Shown: positions 18,786-29,163 of the stretch, piece after piece
Numbering within the stretch: the first letter of the stretch is position 1
How the letters are laid out: each line of letters starts with the position of its first letter
Assembly (NCBI GenBank): GCA_902373415.1
Contig: CABKLX010000006.1
Coordinates: 54,295-118,294 of the forward strand
Direction: 5' to 3'
DNA: 64,000 nucleotides
Source: an uncultured Eubacteriales bacterium
GTDB lineage: Bacteria > Bacillota > Clostridia > Oscillospirales > UBA644
Program-made: the position numbers and the translations under genes
Notes under the pieces: model-generated
What the model was told of the DNA's origin: nothing
Seen by the model: only the letters and a program-made list of their open reading frames with translations
Databases searched by the model: none

Positions 18786-19484
18786 ATGTTACGCAATCCC
18801 GAAAACGGCTATATTTACAAAATCGAAACGCACTGTCACACATCCGAACTCAGCCCGTGCGGATTTCTTCCGTTCCGCGAACTGATCGACCGTTACGCCG
18901 CCGCGGGCTTTTCCGCGATCACGCTGTGCGATCACCTGCGCGTCGGCTACACCTTGCCGCGTGAGGGCGACCGAACCGCGCTTGCCGACCGTATGGCAGA
19001 TGTTTACGACGAGGCGGTCGAGTACGGAAAAACGCGCGGAGTGACCGTTTACAAGGGCTCGGAACTTTGCTTCGACGCGACCTGCCCCGACGAATTTATC
19101 ATGCTCGGCTGGGACAGGGATTTTCTGCGCAAAACGGTCGGACTGCTCGACCGCGAGACCGTCGGAGAATATCACAAAAGAACGCTTGCGAGAGGCGCCG
19201 TCATCATTCAGGCGCACCCGTTCCGCGGCGAATGTCTGCCCGTTGAGGGGAGCGCCGTCGACGGGTACGAGACGCTGAACGCGCACCCGCGCCACGACTC
19301 GAAAAACGATCTTGCCGAAAAGGTCGGACTTGAACACGGCGGCATAATGACCGCCGGATCGGACTGCCACGATCCCGACGTTGTCGGCATTTCGGGGCTT
19401 TATTCCCGTTTCGTTCCGCGCGACACCGCCGAGTATATCGAACTGCTGAAAAGCGGCGATTACGGTATGATCGGAAAAGATTGA
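18786..19484 (+). CDS. PHP-domain metal-dependent phosphoesterase, copy 1
   Basis: YKIETHCHTSELSPCG (the HxH motif of the PHP fold), IQAHPFR and AGSDCHDP. Confidence 0.75.
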   Translation: MLRNPENGYIYKIETHCHTSELSPCGFLPFRELIDRYAAAGFSAITLCDHLRVGYTLPREGDRTALADRMADVYDEAVEYGKTRGVTVYKGSELCFDATCPDEFIMLGWDRDFLRKTVGLLDRETVGEYHKRTLARGAVIIQAHPFRGECLPVEGSAVDGYETLNAHPRHDSKNDLAEKVGLEHGGIMTAGSDCHDPDVVGISGLYSRFVPRDTAEYIELLKSGDYGMIGKD

Positions 19485-19610
19485 AAACACGGGCTCGGCG
19501 CTCGGAAACGAGTCCCGCACGTCGTGTCCGTATACGGAAAACCGAGAAGAAACAGTCTTCGGACACCCGTCGCCCGAAAGAGATCAGAAAGGGCATAAGA
19601 GTAAAATACC

Positions 19611-20309
19611 ATGTTGAAAAATCCCGATAACGGCTATATTTACAAGATCGAAACACACTGTCACACCGCCGAGGTCAGCCCGTGCGGAACGACGCCTTAC
19701 CGCGACCTGATCGACGGCTATGCCGCCGCCGGCTATTCGGCGATAACCCTCTGCGATCATCTGCGCCTCGACTATTCCCTTCCGAGGGACGGCGACCGCG
19801 CCGCCGTCGTGGATCATCTGATCGAAATTTACGATGCGGCTGAGGAGTACGGAAAGACGCGCGGAGTGAGCGTTTACAGAGGCACGGAACTCTGTTTCGA
19901 CGCGACCTGCCCGTCCGATTTCATTCTGCTCGGCTGGGACAGAGAGTTTCTGCGCGAATCCGCCGATCTGCTCGACCGAGAGACGGTCGGGGAATATCAT
20001 CCGAGAGCGACCGCGCACGGTTGTATCCTCATTCAGGCGCACCCGTTCCGCGGCGTAAGTCATGCCGTCGAGGGGAGCGCCGTGGACGGCTATGAAATTC
20101 TGAACGCACGCCCGCGCCACGATTCAAAGAACGATCTTGCCGAAGAAGTCGGACGCGCGCACGGCGGCATAATGACCGCGGGCTCGGATTGCCACGATCC
20201 CGACGGAATAGGCGTTTCGGGCATTTATTCGCGCTTCGTTCCGCGCGACACCGCCGAATATATCGAACTGCTGAAAAGCGGCGATTTCGGTTTGATAGGA
20301 AAGGACTGA
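19611..20309 (+). CDS. PHP-domain metal-dependent phosphoesterase, copy 2 (tandem paralog)
   Basis: Gapless alignment to 18786..19484 gives 175/232 identical residues by hand count. Same motifs. Confidence 0.75.
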   Translation: MLKNPDNGYIYKIETHCHTAEVSPCGTTPYRDLIDGYAAAGYSAITLCDHLRLDYSLPRDGDRAAVVDHLIEIYDAAEEYGKTRGVSVYRGTELCFDATCPSDFILLGWDREFLRESADLLDRETVGEYHPRATAHGCILIQAHPFRGVSHAVEGSAVDGYEILNARPRHDSKNDLAEEVGRAHGGIMTAGSDCHDPDGIGVSGIYSRFVPRDTAEYIELLKSGDFGLIGKD

Positions 20310-20314
20310 AAAAT

Positions 20315-21049
20315 ATGATCTCCTGCATGAAAATCGATCTCTGGTCGGAAAGTCTCTGTCAGTATATGAAAGTCGACGTCCTGATGCCGTATGACACGGG
20401 CGGTCGGCCCGTCCGCGTTCTTTATCTGCTTCATGGGCTGTCGGACGATTCCTCCGTGTGGCTTCACAGAACGAATATCGAACGCTACGCGGACGCCGTC
20501 GGCGATCTCTGCGTCGTTCTTCCGTCCGCGCACCGCTCGTGGTACGCGAACACCGCCGCGGGACTTGCTTACCGCACTTATGTTTTTGAAGAACTTCCCG
20601 AAAAGATCGCGCAGATGTTCCGCGTTTCGACCCGCCGCGAGGACACATTCGTCGCGGGCAACTCGATGGGCGGTTACGGCGCTCTCAAATTCGGTCTTCT
20701 TCATCCCGAAAGATTCCGCGCCGTGTTCCCGATGTCGGGCGCGTTCCGTGCGGTGAAATATTTCCCCTCGGAGGCGGAAAGACTTTCTGTCTTCGGGAAA
20801 GAACCCGAACGCGAGGAAGACGTCGTGCGCCTTGCTTCGGAAGCCGACACGGTAAATACCGTTTACCCCGAATTCAGGCTTTTTTGCGGAAAAGACGATT
20901 TCTGCGTCGGCGATAACCGCGAAATGTACGCGCTGATGAAGGAAAAGGGGTTCAACGTCGCTTATGACGAGACGGAAGGTTCTCATTGCTGGGATTTCTG
21001 GGATGATGCCATCAAAAAAATCTGCGCCCTATCGGGAGAAATGAGATGA
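20315..21049 (+). CDS. Esterase family protein (esterase D / tributyrin-esterase-like alpha/beta hydrolase)
   Basis: YLLHGLSDDSSVW, nucleophile elbow GNSMGGYGA, and C-terminal GSHCWDFW. Confidence 0.8.
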   Translation: MISCMKIDLWSESLCQYMKVDVLMPYDTGGRPVRVLYLLHGLSDDSSVWLHRTNIERYADAVGDLCVVLPSAHRSWYANTAAGLAYRTYVFEELPEKIAQMFRVSTRREDTFVAGNSMGGYGALKFGLLHPERFRAVFPMSGAFRAVKYFPSEAERLSVFGKEPEREEDVVRLASEADTVNTVYPEFRLFCGKDDFCVGDNREMYALMKEKGFNVAYDETEGSHCWDFWDDAIKKICALSGEMR

Positions 21050-21939
21050 AACGGATCTTTGCCGTTCTGACCGTTGTTTTCGCTCTCTTTTCCGTTCTCT
21101 GCGGCTGCGCGGGGAACATGGGCGGAACGGACGCTCCGTTCTCTTCCGAAAACACTGCGGAAAAAGAACCGCCCGCCGCGTGGAAGGCGCATTTCCTGAA
21201 CGTCGGAAAAGCCGACGCGATCCTGCTCGAAGCCGACGGACTTTTTTATCTGATAGACACGGGAACGAAGGAGTCTTTCCCCGTCCTGCAAAAGGCGTTC
21301 GAGACCTTTTCCGTGACCGAACTTCAAAGCGTTTTTATCACGCATACGGACAAAGACCACATCGGCGGTCTTTCCGATCTGCTCGGTGAAAGCGGCGTCG
21401 CGGTCGGCTCGGTCTGCGCACCCGCCGTCGGCGTTTTCGACGGAGACGGGAAGGATAAAGTTGACAAAAAAGCCGAAAAATACGGATTTTCCGTGACCCG
21501 TCTGCCCGTCGGAGAACAGATTCCCGTCGGAAAGAACGGGCTTTATCTGGAAGTCCTTGCGCCCGTCCGCGCCGCGGAAGGGGAGAACAACAACTCGCTC
21601 GTCATGAAACTCCGCGGCGGAGCCTCGACCGCTCTTTTTACGGGCGACGCGCAGTTTTTCGAGGAATACGACCTGCTTGAACGCGACGTGTCCGCCGATG
21701 TTCTGAAAGTCGCGCATCACGGGTCGGACGAGGCGTCGTCATATTCGTTTCTGAAAGCCGTCGGCGCAAAGATCGCGGTCATAAGCACCTCGACCGCCGA
21801 GCGGGAGGAAACGCCGTCTCCGACCGTGCTTTCGGCACTTGACGGACTCGGCGCGAAGGTATACGTCACTCAGGACGCGGCGCTGTGCGTGACCGTGACT
21901 TCCGACGGGCACGGAGCCCTGAACGCCGTTCTGCGCTGA
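21046..21939 (+). CDS. MBL-fold metallo-hydrolase lipoprotein (ComEC C-terminal-domain-like)
   Basis: Lipobox LFSVLCGCAG; ILLEADGLFYLIDTG; FITHTDKDHIGG; KVAHHGS. Confidence 0.8.
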   Translation: MKRIFAVLTVVFALFSVLCGCAGNMGGTDAPFSSENTAEKEPPAAWKAHFLNVGKADAILLEADGLFYLIDTGTKESFPVLQKAFETFSVTELQSVFITHTDKDHIGGLSDLLGESGVAVGSVCAPAVGVFDGDGKDKVDKKAEKYGFSVTRLPVGEQIPVGKNGLYLEVLAPVRAAEGENNNSLVMKLRGGASTALFTGDAQFFEEYDLLERDVSADVLKVAHHGSDEASSYSFLKAVGAKIAVISTSTAEREETPSPTVLSALDGLGAKVYVTQDAALCVTVTSDGHGALNAVLR

Positions 21940-22073
21940 CTCAAAGCGTTTTGCGGAGCGAACACGGCCTTCCCGGCGTGGAAGACCGTTAAAAACGGAC
22001 GGGCTTACGCGCGCGAACCGCTCTTTGTTCCGTGTCGGACCGATATTACAATTTCAATTTCTTTGTGGCAAAA

Positions 22074-22102
22074 CTTGACTTTTGCGAAACAATGTTATAT
22101 AA
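22074..22102 (+). promoter_or_regulatory. SigA-type promoter for 22136..22615
   Basis: TTGACT (22074-22079), a 17-nt spacer, then TATAAT (22097-22102). Confidence 0.6.
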
Positions 22103-22135
22103 TACCGACAGTACGGTTTTTAAGGAGCAGGTATT

Positions 22136-22615
22136 ATGTTGGAAAAGCTCGCAAGAAAAAGAAAGTATGTCAATTACGGAACCGGAGGTCTGATCCTCGT
22201 TCAGTGGATCTTGATGTTCCTTCCGTATTATTCTTACGGCGACGGAGAATCTTCTTCGATCTTCGGTTATATATGGCTCAATTTCGATGAAATGAAGGAT
22301 TACTGGCGCTCGCAGATCCCCGGCTACGCGATCAACAACGAATTTCTCATTCCGTTCGCGCTGTTCTTCATCTGCCTCGTTGCGGCGATCTTCTGTTTCA
22401 CCATGCCGACCGAGTGGTTTTCCCATGTCATCGCCTTTGTCTGGGCTGTCCTCGGTCTCGCGGGCTTCCCGATAACGAAAACTCTGCATTTCGGCAACAT
22501 CTTTTGGGTTCACATGGCCATTTTCATCATCGGCACGCTTGCGATCGCTTTCTGCTGGGCGCTGGACGTTTACGCCGCGAAGAAACTGCCGCCCGAAGAG
22601 GTCAAACTGTTTTAA
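22136..22615 (+). CDS. Small membrane protein, unknown function
   Basis: 159 aa with about four TM helices and RBS aaggag. Confidence 0.65.
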   Translation: MLEKLARKRKYVNYGTGGLILVQWILMFLPYYSYGDGESSSIFGYIWLNFDEMKDYWRSQIPGYAINNEFLIPFALFFICLVAAIFCFTMPTEWFSHVIAFVWAVLGLAGFPITKTLHFGNIFWVHMAIFIIGTLAIAFCWALDVYAAKKLPPEEVKLF

Positions 22616-22709
22616 CGGCAAAAAAAAATCAACAGGTCTTTCCGTCGAGGAAGGACCTGTTTTTTTGCAGCCGGGTTATACCGCGAAAAGTCCGCGAATG
22701 CAACAGCCG

Positions 22710-23819
22710 TCAGCGCTGTTTTTTCTCTTTTTCTTCCGAAGACAGGGCTTTTCGCATCGCGCGGCGCACGCGGTTGATATGCCGTTCAAAATCGCCGTTG
22801 CCGATAAGTTCGGTCAGAACGAGTTGTTCAAATGTCGGAACGGTGCAGGAACAGAAGCCGAGTTTTTCATCGAAAGTTTTTACGAGCCGTTTCGGAAGCA
22901 CCATGTAACCGACCCTCAGCGACGGCGAGATCGTTTCCGAAAACGTGTTCAGATATATGACGTTGTCGCGGTCGGCAAGCGCGAAAAGTGTTTCCGCGGG
23001 CTTTGCGGAGACGGAAAACTCGGAGTCGTAATCGGACTCGATGATGAACCTGTCGCTTTTGTCCGACCAGCGGATGTATTCGTGCCGTTTCGACGCCGAC
23101 GCCGTGACGCCGCTCGGAAAACTGCGGTAAGGCGTCGTGTGAAGCACGTCCGCTTTTGTTTTCGCGAGCGCCGCGCTGTCGATCCCGTCGTCCGAGAGCG
23201 GAAGCGGCTCGTATTTCACGCCCGCCGCGCGGTAGACCTGTTCTATCTTTTCGTAAGAGGGCGATTCGATGGCGTAGACCATGTCTCTGCCGAGCAGATC
23301 CACGATAAGCCCGTAAAGATATTCCGCGCCCGAGCCGATGACGATCTGTTCCGCGTCAACACTGATCCCTCGGTTCCGCGCAAGATACCTCTTTAACGCG
23401 TCGCGAAACTCGGCGCACCCCGAATTCGGCGATTTTTCAAGGATCAGATCGCTGTAATCGGAAAGCACCTTCCGCATCGTCCTGCTCAGGACCGAAACGG
23501 GAAAGAGCGGCCGCGCATGAGCACCCGCGCGCGTGTGAACCCCGATCTTCGGCCCCGTTACCGACGCGGCGAACCCGTCCGTCGGACGGAAAAGAACGGT
23601 ATATCCGCTTCTCTCTCTCGCCTCGGCATATCCCTCGTCGCACAAAAGCGCGTAAGCGTGTTCGACCGTCACCGTGCTGACGCCCAACTCCTCCGAAAGA
23701 AGCCGCTTTGACGGAAGTTTTTCGCCGTAAGCGTATATCCCGCCGATTATATCGTCGCGGCACTGTCTGTATATCTGTAAATAGACAGGTCTGTCTTTTC
23801 TGTTCACCGTATGTTTCAT
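22710..23819 (-). CDS. MocR/PdxR-type GntR-family regulator with aminotransferase-like domain
   Basis: N-terminal GntR wHTH (YLQIYRQCRDDIIGGIYAYGEKLPSKRLLSEELGVSTVTVEHAY) followed by a fold-type-I aminotransferase-like body. Confidence 0.8.
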   Translation of the reverse strand: MKHTVNRKDRPVYLQIYRQCRDDIIGGIYAYGEKLPSKRLLSEELGVSTVTVEHAYALLCDEGYAEARERSGYTVLFRPTDGFAASVTGPKIGVHTRAGAHARPLFPVSVLSRTMRKVLSDYSDLILEKSPNSGCAEFRDALKRYLARNRGISVDAEQIVIGSGAEYLYGLIVDLLGRDMVYAIESPSYEKIEQVYRAAGVKYEPLPLSDDGIDSAALAKTKADVLHTTPYRSFPSGVTASASKRHEYIRWSDKSDRFIIESDYDSEFSVSAKPAETLFALADRDNVIYLNTFSETISPSLRVGYMVLPKRLVKTFDEKLGFCSCTVPTFEQLVLTELIGNGDFERHINRVRRAMRKALSSEEKEKKQR

Positions 23820-23973
23820 CTGGTTATATTTTTTTCTCCGTTTCTGACTATTTAACATTATCAGAAATATTGTATAATAGTTTTGCATGAATTGCAAGGG
23901 GGAAAATGAAAATGCAAGAGAAAATTAACAAAAAAGAAGAACGGCGGTCTGGATCTGCTCGACCGCACTGTTC

Positions 23974-24441
23974 ATGGCTCTGAATGTCGCGCTGAGTTCG
24001 TTCGGCGTTCCCGTTCCGGGAGGGCATCTTTATCTGAACGACATCATTATCTGCACGGCTGCCATTCTGCTCGACCCGATCGCCGCGTTTGCGGTCGGCG
24101 GCATCGGCGCGTTCCTCGGCGACCTGTTCTTTTATCCGACACCGATGTTCGTTTCGCTCGTGACCCACGGCTTGCAGGCGGTCGTCATCTCCGTTTTTTC
24201 GCATTATGTGCTGAAAAAGCATCCCGCCGTCTCTTCGGGCATAGGCGTGACGCTCGGCGCTGTCATCATGGTCGTCGGCTACTCTCTCGGAAGAGCGTTT
24301 ATTTACAGCACGCCCGAATACGCCGTTCTGAAACTTCCGTATCAGATCCTTCAGGCGGTCGTCGGCGCCGTGTTCGGAATGCTCCTCGTTTGGAAATTCG
24401 GCGTCGGAAAACTTTACGGAAAAATGATTCGGCAAAGGTAA
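23974..24441 (+). CDS. ECF-transporter S-component-like membrane protein (possibly begins at 23906 via a frameshift)
   Basis: Five or six TM helices; divergent from the MocR gene. The first helix continues upstream of the ATG with no in-frame start codon (see finding). Confidence 0.6.
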   Translation: MALNVALSSFGVPVPGGHLYLNDIIICTAAILLDPIAAFAVGGIGAFLGDLFFYPTPMFVSLVTHGLQAVVISVFSHYVLKKHPAVSSGIGVTLGAVIMVVGYSLGRAFIYSTPEYAVLKLPYQILQAVVGAVFGMLLVWKFGVGKLYGKMIRQR

Positions 24442-24667
24442 CGGTTTTTCGGCATTTCGGCGGTCGGCGCGGGCTCTGTGTGCCGTTTTCCGTCCGTCGG
24501 AAAACGCGGAAAATGCGCTTTTTTTTACATAAAAACATACCGCGGCGGGAAGAGAAGATCTCCCGCCGCTTTCCGCTGTCTTTTTGCGGACAAACGCGGC
24601 TCGGACGGCAGACCGACGCTCCGAACCGAGGAATTTTTAACAGTTTGAATGAAATATTATCAAGGGC

Positions 24668-24696
24668 TTGCTTATTTCGCGGTTTTGTGATATAAT
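24668..24696 (+). promoter_or_regulatory. SigA-type promoter (extended -10) for ftsH
   Basis: TTGCTT, a 17-nt spacer ending in tg-a, then TATAAT (24691-24696). Confidence 0.55.
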
Positions 24697-24782
24697 GTAC
24701 ATATATTTTGTAATATATTATACACATACAGCGCTCCGCGAACGCGGAGAAAAATGCCGACGACAGTGAGGTGCCTGTTTTT

Positions 24783-26594
24783 ATGAATGAAGTAAAAAAA
24801 CCTAAAAAGTCGCTGTTTTTCTATTACGGGATCGCGCTTATCGTTATCCTTCTTTTCAACCTGCTCCTGATGCCGAGGATCGCCGAGAGACAGGTCAGGG
24901 AAGTCGATTACGGAACGTTTATCACGATGACGGAGGAAAAACAACTCGCCGAAGTCGATGTTGCCGACAACAAGATCGTATTTTCCGACAAGGAAGGGAA
25001 TATCTATAAAACGGGACGCATTGACGACGACGGTCTCGTCGCGCGTCTGCACGAATCGGGCGCGAAGTTTGCGAGCGAGATAATCGAAGAAACGTCGCCG
25101 ATAATCGGTTTTTTGCTTTCATGGGTGCTTCCGATCGTCGTTTTTGTTCTTCTCGGACAGCTCATGTCGCGCTGGCTGATGAAAAAAATGAGCGGCGGCA
25201 ACGGCGCGATGACGTTCGATCTCGGAAAGAGCAACGCGAAGGTCTATGTCAAATCGTCCGACGGAATACATTTTTCCGACGTCGCGGGCGAGGATGAGGC
25301 GAAGGAGAATCTGACCGAGATCGTCGAATATCTTCACGATCCTTCAAAATATTCCGAGATCGGCGCTTCGATGCCGAAAGGTATTCTGCTCGTAGGCCCT
25401 CCGGGAACGGGTAAAACGATGCTCGCGAAAGCCGTCGCGGGCGAAGCCAACGTTCCGTTCTTCTCGATGAGCGGCTCCGAGTTCGTTGAAATGTTCGTCG
25501 GCATGGGCGCTTCAAAAGTCCGCGACCTGTTCAAGCAGGCGAAGGAGAAAGCCCCCTGCATCGTTTTCATCGACGAGATCGACGCGATCGGCGGCAAGCG
25601 CGACGCGCGCGTGGGCGGAAACGACGAACGCGAGCAGACGCTGAACCAGCTTTTGACCGAAATGGACGGATTTGAGGGCAACACGGGCGTTATAATCCTC
25701 GCCGCGACGAACCGCCCCGAGTCTCTCGACCCCGCGCTGACGCGTCCCGGCCGTTTCGACCGCCGCGTACCCGTTGAACTTCCCGATCTGAAGGGCAGGG
25801 AAGAGATACTTAAAGTTCACGCAAAAAAGGTCAAGACCGATCCGAACATAGATTATTCCGCCGTTGCCCGCATGGCGTCGGGCGCGTCGGGCGCGGAACT
25901 TGCGAACATCGTCAACGAGGCGGCACTGAAAGCCGTCCGCGAAGGTCGAAAGACCGTCACGCAGGCCGATCTCGAAGAGAGCATCGAGGTCGTTATCGCC
26001 GGCTATCAGAAAAAGAACGCGATACTGACCGATCACGAAAAGCGCATTGTCGCTTATCATGAGATAGGTCATGCGCTCGTCGCCGCGAAACAGACACAGT
26101 CCGCTCCCGTTCAGAAGATAACGATCGTTCCCCGAACTTCGGGCGCGCTCGGCTATACCATGCAGGTCGAAGAGGGCGATCATTACCTGATGACGAAAGA
26201 GGAAATGGAAAACAGGATCGCGACGCTGACGGGCGGCAGAGCGACCGAAGAGGTCGTTTTCGGTTCGGTCACGACGGGCGCTTCCAACGATATAGAACAG
26301 GCGACGAACCTTGCCCGTGCGATGATAACCCGTTACGGAATGAGCGACGGGTTCGGCATGGTCGCGCTGGAAACGGAAACGAACCGCTATCTCGGCGGCG
26401 ACGCGCAGGTCACCTGCTCCGCGGAGACGCTCGGACAGATTGACAAAGAAGTCATCGCTCTTATCGGCGCGCAGTATGATAAAGCGAAGAATATCATCGT
26501 CGAAAACCGCGAAAAACTCGACGAACTCGCGAACTTCCTTTACGAGAAGGAAACGATCACCGGCGAAGAGTTCATGCAGATACTGAACAGATAA
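24783..26594 (+). CDS. ftsH: ATP-dependent zinc metalloprotease FtsH
   Basis: Walker A GPPGTGKT, Walker [13 protein letters not shown] region, and zinc motif HEIGHAL. Confidence 0.97.
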   Translation: MNEVKKPKKSLFFYYGIALIVILLFNLLLMPRIAERQVREVDYGTFITMTEEKQLAEVDVADNKIVFSDKEGNIYKTGRIDDDGLVARLHESGAKFASEIIEETSPIIGFLLSWVLPIVVFVLLGQLMSRWLMKKMSGGNGAMTFDLGKSNAKVYVKSSDGIHFSDVAGEDEAKENLTEIVEYLHDPSKYSEIGASMPKGILLVGPPGTGKTMLAKAVAGEANVPFFSMSGSEFVEMFVGMGASKVRDLFKQAKEKAPCIVFIDEIDAIGGKRDARVGGNDEREQTLNQLLTEMDGFEGNTGVIILAATNRPESLDPALTRPGRFDRRVPVELPDLKGREEILKVHAKKVKTDPNIDYSAVARMASGASGAELANIVNEAALKAVREGRKTVTQADLEESIEVVIAGYQKKNAILTDHEKRIVAYHEIGHALVAAKQTQSAPVQKITIVPRTSGALGYTMQVEEGDHYLMTKEEMENRIATLTGGRATEEVVFGSVTTGASNDIEQATNLARAMITRYGMSDGFGMVALETETNRYLGGDAQVTCSAETLGQIDKEVIALIGAQYDKAKNIIVENREKLDELANFLYEKETITGEEFMQILNR

Positions 26595-26655
26595 AAAAAA
26601 CGGCATATAGGTATATAAAGAAATAAAGAGAGAAAGAAAAAAGGAGAACACGAAC

Positions 26656-27597
26656 ATGGCGACCACATACGTTTTTTTTAATCCGCTCGCGGGCAACGGC
26701 AAATGCACCGAAAGAGCGCTCGGGCTGAAAAAAATTGTCGGAGAAGGAGCGGTCTTCTGCAACATGACCGACGAAAGCGTTTATGAAAAAACGCTCTTCT
26801 CGCTCGAAGCCGACGACACGCTTATAGTTTGCGGCGGCGACGGAACTCTGAACCGCTTCATCAACTTTGTCGGCGACCGTCCGCTCGATCACGACATTCT
26901 TTACACACCCCTCGGCTCGGGCAACGACTTCGCCCACGATCTCGGAAAAACCGCGGAAGACAAGCCTTTTTCCGTCACCGAGTATGTGACGGACCTCCCG
27001 ACCGTGACCGTCAACGGAAAGACCTTCCGTTTCATCAACGGCATCGGCTACGGCATCGACGGCTATTGCTGTGAAGTCGGCGACAAACTGCGCGGCGAGG
27101 GCAAAAAGAACATAAATTACGCTTCGATCGCGATCAAAGGCTTGCTTTTTCATTACAAGCCCACGAACGCAGTCGTGACCGTTGACGGAGTGAAGCACGA
27201 ATATAAAAAGGTATGGCTCGCGCCGACGATGAACGGCAGATTTTACGGCGGCGGCATGATGCCGACACCCGATCAGGTCAGAAACGGCGGCAAACTCTCA
27301 ACGATGCTTTTTCACGGTTCGGGCAAACTGAAAACGCTCATGATCTTCCCGTCCATCTTCAAGGGCGAGCACGTCAAACACACCGATTGCGTCACCGTTC
27401 TCGAGGGCAAAGAAGTGACCGTTGAGTTCGACCGTCCGACAGCGCTCCAGATCGACGGCGAAACGATCCTCGGCGTCACCTCTTACACCGCGAAGGCGTT
27501 CGGCGCGGACACGGCAGAAAGAGCGGAAAAGACGGAAATTCCGTCCGAAAACGCCGAAAAAACGGCTTCCGAGCCCGAGACCGCGACCGTCGGCTGA
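26656..27597 (+). CDS. Diacylglycerol-kinase-family lipid kinase (YegS/BmrU-like)
   Basis: VFFNPLAGNGK and LIVCGGDGTLNRFIN. Confidence 0.8.
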   Translation: MATTYVFFNPLAGNGKCTERALGLKKIVGEGAVFCNMTDESVYEKTLFSLEADDTLIVCGGDGTLNRFINFVGDRPLDHDILYTPLGSGNDFAHDLGKTAEDKPFSVTEYVTDLPTVTVNGKTFRFINGIGYGIDGYCCEVGDKLRGEGKKNINYASIAIKGLLFHYKPTNAVVTVDGVKHEYKKVWLAPTMNGRFYGGGMMPTPDQVRNGGKLSTMLFHGSGKLKTLMIFPSIFKGEHVKHTDCVTVLEGKEVTVEFDRPTALQIDGETILGVTSYTAKAFGADTAERAEKTEIPSENAEKTASEPETATVG

Positions 27598-27633
27598 ACC
27601 CCGACCCCGCGCGACATATAAAATAAAACAAAA

Positions 27634-27657
27634 GGACAGCCTCGGCTGTCCTTTTTT
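27634..27657 (+). terminator. Rho-independent terminator
   Basis: GGACAGCC-tcg-GCTGTCC followed by TTTTTT. Confidence 0.8.
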
Positions 27658-27744
27658 GTCTTTCCGCACGCAAGAAGAGAAGATTTTCCGCATATAGATC
27701 TGTGTGGAACATTCGGAACGGTGTGAATGCGGGAGGGCGAAAAA

Positions 27745-29163
27745 ATGGCGGATCTTCTCAAAAATGCGGCGCGGGCGGTATGGGGCGCTCCTCTGACAGG
27801 GCTGATATTGATTGCCGGGTGCGCGCTGACCGCGGCGACCGGATTTGTTCAGGTCAGGGGCTTCCGCGCGGCGTTTTCGGGGCTGTTCCGAAAAGGGACG
27901 GGGTTCGGGGTCTCGCCGTTCGCGGCGCTTTGCACATCGCTTTCCGCAACGGTCGGAACGGGGAACATAATCGGCGTCACGGCGGCTGTCGCCTCGGGCG
28001 GCGCGGGCGCGCTTTTCTGGATGCTCGCGGTCGCTTTTCTCGGAATGGCGGTCAAATACGCCGAAGGCTTTCTCGCCGTCCGTTACCGCGAAAAAGACAG
28101 CGGCGGCACGCCGTTCGGCGGACCGTTCCTGTATATGGAGCGCGGGCTCGGAGCGCGTTTTCCGCGTCTGAAATTCCTTCCCCGCGCGTCGGCGGTCTTT
28201 TTTTCTCTCGTCTGCGTTGCGGCGGCTGTCACGGGGCTCGGAACCCTCGTTCAGTCGAGCGGCATGGCTCAGTGCGCGCGGAGCATTTCCGCGTCGTTCG
28301 GTCGGAACGGGTCTTTCTCCGTCTTCGGCTCGGAAATCCCCGTTTCGGTCGCCGTATTCGCCGTCGTTTCGACATTTATCGCGGCAGTCATCATCTTCGG
28401 CGGACTTCGGAGCGTCAGTTCGTTTTCGTCCGTCACCGTGCCTGTCATGGCGGGGATCTACATTCTGCTTGCGCTGTGCGTGATCGCGGGCAATATCTCT
28501 CTTTTGCCCGACGCTCTCCGCCGTATGTTCGTCGGCGCGCTCGATCCGTCCGCCGCGGTCGGCGGCGCGGTCGGCTACGGGCTGGCGCAGACCGTCCGCG
28601 CGGGCGTTTCACGCGGGATATTTTCCAATGAATCGGGCGTGGGAACGGCGCCGATAGCCATAGCGTGTTCGGACGGAAAAGATCCGCACGAACAGGGACT
28701 TGTCGCGATGCTCGGAACGTTTTTTGACACTCATGTCATCTGCTTTCTGACAGGTCTTGCGGTTCTCGTGACAGGCGCGGACGCTCCGTTTTCGGGCGAC
28801 GGAGCCGCTCCCGAAGCCGCCGAACTCGTGACGGACGCTTTTACGCGGGGGCTGTCTCCGCTTTTCGGACAAAACTCGCACATCGGGAGCGCGGTTCTCT
28901 GTATCTGCCTGATCCTTTTCGCGTTTACGACTGTTGTCGGCTGGTGTTTCTACGGCGAGCAAAGCCTGCGTTATCTTTGCGGAAAAAGCCGCTTTTTCGG
29001 GCTTTTTCTCACGCTTTACCGCTCTGTTTACATCTTTTTTGTCTTTCTCGGCGCGTTTGTCCCCGTCGGCGCCGCGTGGGCGGCGGCGGACATCTGCAAC
29101 GCGCTCATGGCGTTTCCGAACGTGCTGACCCTGCTGCTGCTTGCGAAACAGGGCTTTGATTGA
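27745..29163 (+). CDS. Alanine/glycine:cation symporter (AGCS) family transporter
   Basis: SATVGTGNIIGV, ALFWMLAVAFLGMAVKYAE and SNESGVGTAPIA match typical AGCS motifs. Confidence 0.85.
   Translation: MADLLKNAARAVWGAPLTGLILIAGCALTAATGFVQVRGFRAAFSGLFRKGTGFGVSPFAALCTSLSATVGTGNIIGVTAAVASGGAGALFWMLAVAFLGMAVKYAEGFLAVRYREKDSGGTPFGGPFLYMERGLGARFPRLKFLPRASAVFFSLVCVAAAVTGLGTLVQSSGMAQCARSISASFGRNGSFSVFGSEIPVSVAVFAVVSTFIAAVIIFGGLRSVSSFSSVTVPVMAGIYILLALCVIAGNISLLPDALRRMFVGALDPSAAVGGAVGYGLAQTVRAGVSRGIFSNESGVGTAPIAIACSDGKDPHEQGLVAMLGTFFDTHVICFLTGLAVLVTGADAPFSGDGAAPEAAELVTDAFTRGLSPLFGQNSHIGSAVLCICLILFAFTTVVGWCFYGEQSLRYLCGKSRFFGLFLTLYRSVYIFFVFLGAFVPVGAAWAAADICNALMAFPNVLTLLLLAKQGFD

Noticed and set aside
25512-26765. 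417-aa minus-strand ORF opposite ftsH (and similar long antisense ORFs at 14756..15985, 34954..36081, 44103..45323 and 61893..63020)
   Set aside because: Each lies antisense to a gene with unmistakable family motifs. Composition is biased and they show no RBS or motifs.
27598-27744. Checked the leader of the alanine/glycine symporter gene for a glycine riboswitch
   Set aside because: I could not find the conserved glycine-aptamer features from memory. The leader is short and contains the upstream gene's terminator.
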